A stretch of 63,875 bases of DNA, filler included, from Nemertoderma westbladi (lineage: Eukaryota > Animalia > Xenacoelomorpha): NCBI GenBank assembly GCA_032718475.1. It is 3 parts of 3 records of this genome, joined end to end, with 100 filler letters (N's around TTAATTAATTAA, not from the genome) between each part and the next. Parts side by side here need not be neighbours in the genome. Positions count along the whole stretch, not along the records: positions 1 to 22,676 come from JAUCBJ010005648.1; positions 22,777 to 42,221 come from JAUCBJ010007357.1; 1 more part is not named here. The stretch is one strand, 5' to 3'. This document shows, piece after piece, positions 12,963 to 23,306 of this stretch. The translations under genes and the position numbers were made by a program. Within the stretch, counting starts at the first letter, position 1, and each line of letters opens with the position of its first letter. The notes beneath the pieces are model-generated. The model saw nothing but the letters and a program-made list of their open reading frames with translations, had not been told where the DNA came from and searched no databases.

Positions 12963-14302
12963 ATCATACAAATTAGAACAATGGAGAAAACTCAAGATGT
13001 GTTCTAGAAGTTTATTGATTCTAAGTTATTGTAAAAGCTTTTGCGGACATAACTAGTCATTTTCACGCAATGCGCAGAATACTCTAAAATAGCCCTAAAA
13101 TTGTTCAACTACGCGTCGGAAAGAAGTTAGAACCAGGATGACGAAATCTGTCAGCTGATTCTCTGTGTATGTGGAGGTTTCTTTGTTCCGGCTTTTAGCC
13201 AATCAGAGCAATCTTCGCTGTCAGGTAAACTGAGACCTACCTGAGAAACTAGCGCAATGCATTATGGTTATTATTTTTCTGAGAATTAGATTCAGCTCAG
13301 AATTCTGTGCTTCTGTACAAAAGTTTCAGACTTTGGCCCAAGGAACATATGATGGCTTTAGTTATAAGACGTAAATCTAATAACCTGAATCACTGAATCA
13401 CCATTTCTCATTTCATCTCTGCATCATACTGGTCATATATTTTCATATGACTCTCATTTCACATCTATTCACCGCACTGTTTTACTTCTGATTAATATAG
13501 TATTAATTGTTGTTTATACTAATGGATGTTATATTTGGAGAATACCGATGAATAATCATAAACCCCTCAATCTTATTGATTACTGAGGTAAGAGGAAAAG
13601 AGTATACCGGTAGCAACTACGACTTAAATTATAGTGGTTTTGTGTGAATTAAATGCTATTTAATAATCCCTACGTGTGTCAGTTGCAATCCTCCTTATAT
13701 ATGATCAAATTCAGTGACGGTCGGCAAATTAGTGTGAAGTAGTGTAAAGTAGTGTGAAGTCGTGTGAAGTAGTGTGAAGGTTAATAAAGCATCTCCTAAA
13801 GAATGCGCTATTTACGAAACTCTGTGGCCATCTAGTTGTGATTAGTATAAGTCATAACTCTGTTTTTATACTTAAAGCGCCACGTCCTAAAGGAACTGTT
13901 AATATTTCCCTGAAAGTAAATATAGTTGTCAGAGATTATATAGTAGCGATCAATCGAATAATACAGTGTAGTCTACACTGCAATACTTCCTAAGGAACCC
14001 GAAGCCAGTCTCCCACACCGTGGGTCATACGCCGCGCACGGACTGGCTTCGGCAGATGTAACTTCAGTACACCAGGTAATTGGTAAGGGCTAAAGTCGAT
14101 TTATAAACAAAAGGACAATTAAAATTGGCAGGTTAAACTGCTAAAGGTCTGAAAGCGTGAACAGTTATTGATTACTTTACAGCGTTAGGAGGAGAGCGGC
14201 GATAAGTTGATATATAATGTAACAAAATATGTTTTAGTAAAGAAATACAAACCGGTATTAGTTAGTTAGTTAAACCTTAAAGTATAAGTGGAGCTGATTG
14301 AG

Positions 14303-15232
14303 TTAGTATTTTATATAAACCAAACAGTTATGGACAGTTTCGTAAACAAATAATCCTTTATTGGCTACAGCCAACCCACCGAACCCGTCTACCGGCACCG
14401 CACCCAATAGGGATACTTTCCTTCCATCACCAACCCGATCATAAACACCGACATATTGTTTATCATCTTCTTCTAAAGGAACTAAGAGATACCAATATCC
14501 ACCTTGGCACAGCCACTTCACTTTCCCGATAGGGACGGATTTACCGCAATCTAGTACATTTAGCGTTCTATGCAATACAAGGGGGACGTTGGGGGGGGAG
14601 TCGCAAATCGTATAGTCGCAGACGGATATCTTCCGTTTGTCGGGTTGGAATAGAAAGGTGGTTAATGCGTGGTAGAGGTACCAGATACCAGTACCAATAA
14701 GTCTCCCGGGTTGATCGATACGGGAAATCCAACTAATCGAACAATCGTTTGGGTTAAATCGAATTATGTAATTATATTCAGTAATTACAATTACATAACG
14801 ATCCCAATACCGTGACACCCCATCTATAGACCCTAGAGGTCTACCGAGGTGCCTCTCGTTACCCAGACAACGATGTCGGACTTTCCCTCCAACCGCCTCT
14901 GTATCTATAAGAAACAGACAAACATCCGTCGCGGCGATCCAGATTGTATCACTGCGACCCTCCAAGAATAGAATCGGTTTCTTTGCGGCGTTGCAGTCGC
15001 TTTTTACCACCATGGGTTCTCCATGTAGAGATAAAGATTCATCGTCATTGGCGTTATAGAAACGAATCAGGTTGTTTACAGAGTCGGTTATCCCCAGGAT
15101 CATCCCGCCACAACCAATCGGGCCGACTTTACCGATTCCCATTCTCCGACAATCGATCCGACAAGTTTCCTTTAGAGTCGGACGTTTTAGTAAAACTTTC
15201 TCGTGTTGGTGGAGATCAAATCGCCTCTCCAT
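14303..15232 (-). CDS. Intronless 309-aa beta-rich protein, possible NHL-like beta-propeller
   Basis: Uninterrupted ATG-to-stop ORF with blade-like segments GITDSVNNLIRFYN and GLAVANKGLFVYETVHNCLVY. Confidence 0.6.
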   Translation of the reverse strand: MERRFDLHQHEKVLLKRPTLKETCRIDCRRMGIGKVGPIGCGGMILGITDSVNNLIRFYNANDDESLSLHGEPMVVKSDCNAAKKPILFLEGRSDTIWIAATDVCLFLIDTEAVGGKVRHRCLGNERHLGRPLGSIDGVSRYWDRYVIVITEYNYIIRFNPNDCSISWISRIDQPGRLIGTGIWYLYHALTTFLFQPDKRKISVCDYTICDSPPNVPLVLHRTLNVLDCGKSVPIGKVKWLCQGGYWYLLVPLEEDDKQYVGVYDRVGDGRKVSLLGAVPVDGFGGLAVANKGLFVYETVHNCLVYIKY

Positions 15233-16525
15233 TTATTTATATTTTTTTATTCCTCAATCAAAACGAAATATTACATGAAAGTAGTAGGGTCTTGGCCGGC
15301 TCGGCGACAGTTAGACCTCACTCATGACTCATCACTTAGGAATGTGACACCTAGGGTGTCATTGGCGCCAGACTGTCTGAGCGACACATCCCAATTAGGC
15401 TAATTAGACCCTAATTGACGGGTGTCATCAATTAAATAGTAAATTTAATCCCTAATAGGTGTCTGACGACTCCTAATTAGGCTTTAATTGATAATCCTAA
15501 TTAATCAGACCGATTAGCACCCTAACAACCAATGGGTCATGAGTGATGTCTAACTGTCACCTAGAGGCCCAAGAGGGTGTCATAAGTGACACCTCTGCTC
15601 TTTTATTCATTGATACTTATTTATTTGTATTTGATTTGAATTTATTTAATTGTATTACTTTTACTTTATTTAATTGATTTCTATTTTTAGAATTACCAAT
15701 AAATAGTTTTATATATTACTTACCGAATGACGTCATTTTTGGCATAGACTTTCAGCTCACTATACTTAGCCGTAGGGTATAGGTCCTATACTAGTAACTA
15801 ATTACTCTTATCTATATCCAGACGCCTTCAAGGCCTTCAAGCTGATCATTTGCTTAGTTTTCTAATTAGAAGGTCGTGAGTTCGAACCCTAGAAGAGCAT
15901 TATTCTTTTTTCCTAGCTCTTGGCTGACTCTAGTGTACAGTAGCTTCGAAACTCCCAGCTATAGTGATAGTATGCAACCTTGGGAGTTAATACGCTGTCT
16001 TATGAGTAAAGGCCAAGAGATTAGACTTCAGGTTGCTTCTGTTGGTTCACTCTTCTTAACTTTACAAAAGAGTTTGCAAGCGCAGGTTCAAATCCAACTA
16101 AAGCTCTATTTATTTTGCACTGAAGTGGAATACTTTAGATGTTGGGGGAATCTGGTTTGAGAGGGAAATTTGAATGGTAAGTATAACTATCCTTGGGAGT
16201 TAGTGTGGCATTATCTCACCACGGATTGGCTTTACCCCTGAAACGAATAACGGGAAAAGAAATTAAGCATGTACTCGCATCTGCTCTCTCATTGGCTGCT
16301 TTCATCGCATCTGCTCTCTGATTGGCTACTCCAAACTAAGTTTCCTCTATATAGACCCTTGATTACTGCTTTCCCATTCATTTTATCTAATTTTTATTAT
16401 TGAAAAGTTTTATTTATTTTCATAAAAGTTTTATTTATTTAAAATTTACAATTTTACTCATTATAATTATAATTTGTAAAATCATTTAGCGAAATTTCAA
16501 TACTATCAATTGATATTCTTATATA

Positions 16526-17960
16526 ATGCATAGACATGAAAGTTGTTTGGTTTGTAATAAAGAAATGAGACAGGACAATCTATCTCTTCATATGGAAAGA
16601 CATAGAAAGGATAAACTAATCGATCCGTTACGAAAAGAAATTTAAAAAATCTGCAAGATATTTTTAGTGAAGATGAAAAGAAAAACAGAGATGAGCGTGA
16701 TATATTAAAGATAAAACAGACAATGGAGAATAAATTTCATAAAGTTATGAATATTTTGAAAGGGATACAAAAACAGTTACCCCTAGAAAATGAGGAAAAT
16801 TTGAGTGAGAAAGATGGAGAAGAAGAGGACAATGAGATGGAGAATTAAAATAGTGAGTGTCAGGATAAAGTTGAAGAGAGTGAGGTTGAGAACGAAGAAA
16901 GTGAAGGTCAGGAAGAGGAATAAGAAAGTGAAGAACAGGAAGAGGATGAAGAAAGTGAAGGTCAGGAAGAGAATGAAGAAAGTGAAGAACAGGAAGAGGA
17001 TGAAGAAAGTGAAGAACAGGAAGAGGATGAAGAAAGTGAAGGTCAGAAAGAGGGTGAGGAAAGTGAAGGAGAGGAAGAGGATGAAGAAAGTAACGGTCAG
17101 AAAGAGGGTGAGGAAAGTGAAGGAGAGGAAGAGGATGAAGAAAGTGAAGGTCAGGAAGAGCATTAAGAAAGTGAAGAACAGGAAGAGGATGAAGAAAGTG
17201 AAGGTGGGGAAGAGGATGAAGAAAGTGAAGGTCAGAAAGAGGGTGAGGAAAGTGAAGGAGAGGAAGAGGATGAAGAAAGTGAAGGTCAGAAAGAGGGTGA
17301 GGAAAGTGAAGGAGAGGAAGAGGATGAAGAAAGTGAAGGTCAGGAAGAGCATTAAGAAAGTGAAGAACAGGAAGAGGATGAAGAAAGTGAAGGTCAGGAA
17401 GAGGGTGAGGAAAGTGAAGGAGAGGAAGAGGATGAAGAAAGTGAAGGTCAGGAAGAGCATTAAGAAAGTGAAGAACAGGAAGAGGATGAAGAAAGTGAAG
17501 GTGGGGAAGAGGATGAAGAAAGTGAAGGTCAGAAAGAGGGTGAGGAAAGTGAAGGAGAGGAAGAGGATGAAGAAAGTGAAGGTCAGGAAGAAAGTGAGGA
17601 ACAAGAAAATAAAGAAATTGATGAAAAAGAAGGAAAATGATAATAATGAGGAAATATTCAGGCAATTACTCGGAAATAAGAATAAATTGTGGAAAATTAT
17701 TAAACATTTGAAGGAAAATGAAGAAAATAAAGAAGAGATATTGAGACAAATATTAGTAAATAAAAATCAAATGCATAAATTTATTAAACAAATGGAAGAA
17801 AGTGAAGAAAATAGATAAGAGATATTAAGACAAGTTCTGGGAAATAAAAGTAAATTACTGAAAATTAATGAACAATTGAATAAAATTAAGAAACAGTTGG
17901 GTAATGAGGAAGATGAAAGTAAAGTAAATCAACCAGCTTTTACTAATTTTCGAAGACCTA
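16526..17960 (+). pseudogene. C2H2 zinc finger, coiled coil and acidic repeat protein, disrupted, inside the Polinton-like element
   Basis: ATG 16526 gives MHRHESCLVCNKEMRQDNLSLHMERH. After a stop and frameshift it reads (EESEGQEED)n, then three ~25-aa EEI.RQ.L.NK repeats. Confidence 0.6.
16895..17600 (+). repeat. 27-bp purine-rich minisatellite (GAAGAAAGTGAAGGTCAGGAAGAGGAT), ~26 units with higher-order structure
   Basis: Read directly. Variant units (GAGCATTAA, GGTGGGGAAG) recur in blocks. Confidence 0.95.
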
Positions 17961-18037
17961 TGATAAAAAAACTCTCGTTCAGTATATGCCCGCGCAGGAC
18001 GACGCTATTGACATTTGTTTGTTTGAGTTCCTTTCAT

Positions 18038-18195
18038 ATTAGTATTAGGGCTATTTATCCAAAACAATTATATTAGTATTAGGGCTATTTATCCAAAACA
18101 ATTATATTAGTATTAGGACTATTTATCCATAATAATTATATTAGTATTATAAATGTATTTACCCCACAATATCTATTACTATTAGGTCTATTTAT
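18038..18195 (+). repeat. 34-bp tandem repeat, ~4 decaying copies
   Basis: ATTAGTATTAGGGCTATTTATCCAAAACAATTAT units. Confidence 0.8.
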
Positions 18196-18535
18196 TCAAC
18201 AAATTTTATGTTTTTATAATATACTTTGGAAAATTGGTCGACTAAGTCATAATTTTTAAAAAAATTTAAATAAGGGTTGAGTTATTTTATAAAGTTAAGA
18301 AGAGTGAATCAATGGAGGCAACCTGAAGTCTAATCTCTTGGCCTTTACTCATAAGACCGCGCATTAACTCCCAAGGTTCATACTATCATTATAGCTGGGA
18401 GAGTCGAAGCTAGTGTACTCTAGAGTCAGCCAAGAGCTAGGAAAAAAGAATAATGCTCTTCTAGGGTTCGAACTCACGACCTTCTAATTAGAAAACTAAG
18501 CAAATGATCAGCTTGAAGGCCTTAGACCCTTAATC

Positions 18536-19052
18536 TGAGCCTCAGTGCTTCAGTGAGGCATAGTCTGTGCCTCAGTGAGGCATCGTCTGTACCTCAGTAA
18601 GGCATAATCTGAGTCTCAGTGAGGCATAGTCTGTGCCTCAGTGAGGCATAGTCTATGCCTCAGTGCCTCAGTGAGGCATGGTGCATGCCTCAGTGAGGCA
18701 TAGTCTGTGCCTCAGTGAGGCATAGTCTGTGCCTCAGTGCTTTAGTGAGGCATAGTGTGAGCCTCAGTGAGACATAGTCTGTGCCTTAGTGCCTCAGTGA
18801 GGCATAGTCTGTGCCTCAGTGAGGCATAGTCTGTGCCTCAGTGAGGCATAGTATGTCCCTCAGTGAGGCATAGTCTGTGCCTTAGTGAGGCATAGTCTGA
18901 GACTCAGTGAGGCATAGTCTGAGCCTCAGTGAAGCATAGTCTGTGCCTCAGTGAGGCATAGTCTGTGCCTCAGTGCCTCAGTGAGGTATAGTCTATGCCT
19001 CAGTACCTCAGTGTGAGGCATAGTCTGAGCCTCAGTGAGGCATAGTCTGTGG
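18536..19052 (+). repeat. 22-bp palindromic satellite (CAGTGAGGCATAGTCTGTGCCT), >20 units
   Basis: Read directly. Junctions form the TGCCTCA-G-TGAGGCA palindrome. Confidence 0.95.
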
Positions 19053-19105
19053 CTCAAACCTAAAACTCGAGACTTTAGGAGTGCCTCAGGTCTTAAATCT
19101 GAGTC

Positions 19106-19575
19106 TTTAGCAGCAGACTGGAGAACTGCGGGCCAATCAACCTCCTCAGTAAAGTATAGCCTATGATATAGTAGATGTCTACCAAGTTTCAGCCTAAATG
19201 GTTAAAAACAATCAAATGAAATCAGGTTTTCACTATCAAACATTTCGCCCTCTAGCGGTAGACTGGAGAACTTCGGGCTGGTCAAACTCCTCGGTAAAGT
19301 ATAGCCTATGCCATAGTAGATGCCTACCAAATGTCAGCCTAAGCCGATTAAAAACAATCAAATGAGATCAGGTTTTCATTTGGAGACTATTTGCCCTCTA
19401 GCGGCAGACTGGGGAACTTCAGACTACTCTGGTACTCCGTAAAAGATATAGCCTATGCCGTAGTAGATGCCTACCGAGTTTAAACCTAATCGGAATGAGA
19501 ACAACAAAGTTAGAGAAGATGTTAATTTTCAGCTAATACGCCCTCTAGCGGCAGACTATAGAACTGCAGACGGCT
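19106..19575 (+). repeat. ~147-bp tandem units, Helentron/HINE-type central repeat
   Basis: GCCCTCTAGCGG.AGACTGG.GAACT recurs at ~19106, 19247, 19394 and 19540. The same unit occurs at 39619-39780. Confidence 0.7.
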
Positions 19576-20586
19576 GGATATAGGTAAGAGTAATTAGTAA
19601 ACAGAGGTCTCATGAGACGGGGCGGGGCGCTTGGATACAACTATTATTAAAAACCTGTTGCTTGGTTAAAGCTAATTGGGGGTCAAATGTCAACGATAAA
19701 GCTGTCTGGATATAGATAAGAGTAATTAGTTACTAGTATAGGACCTGTATACCCTAGGGCTAAGTATAGTGAGCTGAAAGTCTATGCCAACAATGACGTC
19801 ATTCGGTAAGTAATATATAAAACTATTTATTGGTAATTCTAAAAATAGAAATCAATTAAATAAAGTAAAAGTAATACAATTAAATAAATTAAAATTAAAT
19901 ACAAATAAATAAGTATGAATAAATAAAAGAGCAGAGGTGTCACTTATGACACCCTCTTGGGCCTCTTGCTGATAGTTAGACATCACTCATGACCCATTGG
20001 GTGTTAGGGTGCTAATCGGTCTGGTAATTAGGATAATCAATTAACCCCTAATTAGGAGTCGTAAGATACCTATTAGGGATTAAATGCACTAATTAATTGA
20101 TGACATTGACTAATTGGGAGGTGTCACCCAGACAGTCTGGCGCCAATAACACCCAATGACACCATAGGTGTCACATTCCTAAGCGATGAGTCATGAGTGA
20201 GGAATAACTGTCACCGAGCCGGCCAAGACCCTACTACTCATGAATAATTGCACAGCAGAAATCTGCTGGGTACTGTGTGGGTGGTCCTCCGCTATAGCAT
20301 ATCGCCAGTTCAGCTTCGGAACACCCACACCCTGCATGCCAAGGAGGAAAAGGGATGTTTATATTTATTTTAGAGCCCATGACTGAGACCTAGCATAACT
20401 AGTATAAACTGGTGTTGGCTGAAATTGTGGCAGCATAAATGTTGAATATTAAAATATAATTAGCAAAGGCAAAGGTATGTAAAATCAGCTGTTTTGAGTA
20501 TATTATTACAGATTTGTATAAATATTCTAAAATCGAGTTTGGCGGGAAATACTAATCTGAAATGAAATCTATGGCAGTATGTGGTA

Positions 20587-22676
20587 TTAAAAGGTTTGGA
20601 GCAAGTAATTCTTAAGTTTTGATTTAAAGATATTCAGCAAGGAGCTGCTCTGGATATTTTGTGGCAAGGAGTTCCAGAGTAAAGGGCCTTGAACAGATAC
20701 AGGCTGGTGATGGACAAACGATGGTTCGACAACATTTGTGTCTACTGTTGACGGTGACACAGAACCATTTGAAGTGTTATGGGGCGTCCTCCAGGGAGAC
20801 ACACTTGCACCATTCTTGTTCATAATTGTGGTTGACTATGTTCTACGCATGTCCTTAGATCATCATAATAATGATGGGGTGATGATAACTCCACCTACTG
20901 GCTCCAGAAGTCGAGGAAATCCTGCCATGTACCTAACTGATCTAGACTTTTCTGATGATTTAGGCGTACTCTCAGAATCACTAGAGGGAGCCCAACGGCT
21001 CCTCAGCTCATTAGAACATGCTGCTTCTAGTTTTGGTCTTTTTATTAACTCCAGAAAGACCAAAATTTTGACAGTTAACTTTGAAAGTCCTCAGCAAGTC
21101 TCTGATCGGATGAGTATAAGCTCAAAAGATGGTATGCTTGAGCATGTGGATGACTTCTGTTACCTGGGATCATGGATCCGGAAGTCAGGTGAGGACCTTC
21201 GAATACGTAAGGGAAAGGCATGGGCAGCCTTGAATAGGCTTTCCAGGATTTGGAAGTCACCGAGAATTAATCGGAAACTTAAGGTCCGATTATTTAGAGC
21301 AGCAGTAGTTCCAGTACTCCTCTATGGGAGTCCATGATGCTGGGCTCTAACTGCTGAGGACACCAAATCTCTGGATGGCACATTCACAAGAATGCTATGC
21401 CGGGTTCATTATGTCAAGTACAATGCACACATCTCCAACCAGACACTATAAAACATTGGAGGTGTCTCATTGGTTCCCCCAAGCTTGACACTAGAACAAA
21501 ATCGCCTCCTCTTTGCAGGACATTGCTTTCGCCGTGAGGACCAGCCAGTGCATAATCTTGTACTTTGGCAGCCTCATGGAGTGAATAAGCATGGTGGACA
21601 GCCCATGACATTTTTGCGGCGCATCTTAAAGGACACTGGCCTTGATGAGATGCGGATGATCTAGCAAATGCCATGGGTGATAGGGAGTTGTGGCGGCGCA
21701 ATTTTGTCAACAAGCAGGCACAGCATTCTTAAAAATGCATCTGCAATGTCGCAAAACCGTTCCTAGTCGTAGACGGAAAATAAGACAGACATGTGGCAGG
21801 TGGTACTGACCAGCGGAGGCAGAGGGTGTTGTAGGAATGCACTGAAGAAGCCTTAGTAAACAGGAGAGAGGGTGGGTTGGGTTACTATAAATGTCGTACA
21901 TTAGTGAGAGGACCTGGAATTGTAAAAGTTGATCTAGAGGTAGTATACGTAGTTGTTGGTAGATTGGAAAGGCGGAGGACCGGTAGTGGCTAAATGTCTG
22001 TACAACGTAGAATTTTATTTAGGATGATGAGGTGATAGAATTGTAGGTGCCACCCCAGACAGTGAGACCGTAGTACAGTAGATGTATGGATATATTAACG
22101 AGTAAAATAGCATCTGTGGGCTGAGAATATGACGTAATTTATAGAAAAGAGCTCCGGTTCGAGGTATCTTTTTAATAACGTAGCTTATTTGGTCGCGAAA
22201 CGTTAAAATATTGTCGATAAATACATTTAATACACTACAATTGTAGATACCTATGTACTTAAATGCGGATGTAAATTTTATTGGTTGGCTAATGGATAGA
22301 CCTTGCGATTGAGATTGGAATCTGGACCTTTTAAATAGGGAGTATTCTGTCTTATCAATGTTTAACGTTATCCGGTTTGTCACATAGCCAGTCATAGTAC
22401 AGGCTTAGCGTCGTAGTTCATAGAGTGGATTAGAGGAGTCAGATTGCGGTGGCGTCGCATGGGAGTGGTGTCATCGGCAAAGAGAGTTGCGTGGGAGGAT
22501 GTGCAGTTAGGTAAGTCATTAATATAGAGAAGAAAAAGGCCTGGCCCGAGAACCGACCCTTGTGGGATACCACAAGAAGTAGACCTGAGAGAGATATAGT
22601 GTTATCTATAGATACACACTGCCACTGCCTACGGTTGGTGAGATAATCAGAAAATAGCGAAACAGGCGTGCCACGA
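20587..22676 (-). mobile_element. CR1/L2-type LINE ORF2 3' portion, interrupted by an RTE fragment
   Basis: Minus strand reads GIPQGSVLGP..YINDLP..LFADDT (~22485-22575), LNIDKTEY, FKYIGI and YSLIYPYI, with the terminal GPLLWNSLP...FKSKLK at 20587-20700. Confidence 0.85.
20719..21710 (+). mobile_element. RTE-type LINE RT 3' fragment
   Basis: GVLQGDTLAPFLFII, DLDFSDDL, FCYLGSWI, LKVRLFRA, FAGHCFRR. Confidence 0.9.
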
Positions 22677-22776
22677 NNNNNNNNNNNNNNNNNNNNNNNN
22701 NNNNNNNNNNNNNNNNNNNNTTAATTAATTAANNNNNNNNNNNNNNNNNNNNNNNNNNNNNNNNNNNNNNNNNNNN
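22677..22776. other. Assembly gap with artificial TTAATTAATTAA linker
   Basis: N run containing a six-frame stop spacer. Confidence 0.97.
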
Positions 22777-23306
22777 GCCTAAATGCTGCCTTACTCAATG
22801 TTAAATAATTTATTGTTCTCGAATATTTATTTCGTAACTAGGGAACCGCGTAACTACAAACCTATATTGGATATGGAGTTCCGTTTCGAAGTTCGCCTTG
22901 CAGAGACTAAAGTTGCAATAACTTTTGAGTGTGTGAATGTAATTTACTCAAATAGGGTAGGTGCGCGAAAAAATAGTTGGGCTAGAAGTATTACGTGCAA
23001 ACCTTTTCATTTCGATGCTCTTTCAACACAACTAATAAAATTAACCAACAATATTTTTTTCACTCATTGTAATTATATTTACTGTTTGCTTAATCTGTTT
23101 GTGTTTATATCTGTTTATGTGCAGTATTTAGTGCCCTACGTCAAAGAAACTAATATATTTATAGCATTATTTACATTTCTAATTAAATTAAGGAATTAAA
23201 AACGTGTTGGTGTTATTATATTCATTTATCGGAATTTATATTATAGGAATTTATTATTCGTTTATGCATTCTAGTTAATTAATTGATATAATTAACGACA
23301 TAATTA

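Larger units (their letters stand above)
15280..20238. mobile_element. Non-autonomous Polinton/Maverick-like element
   Basis: Termini AGTAGTAGG...CCTACTACT with a perfect 6-bp TSD CATGAA (15274-15279, 20239-20244). TIR 15280-15823 matches 19704-20238 and continues as 15830-16070 versus ~18286-18523. No pPolB, integrase or capsid ORFs. Confidence 0.85.

Noticed and set aside
16745-17665. Minus-strand His/Leu/Pro-rich and Phe/Leu/Thr-rich ORFs
   Set aside because: They are antisense readings of the 27-bp minisatellite.
22721-22732. TTAATTAATTAA motif within N runs (also ~42266)
   Set aside because: It is an artificial scaffold linker.
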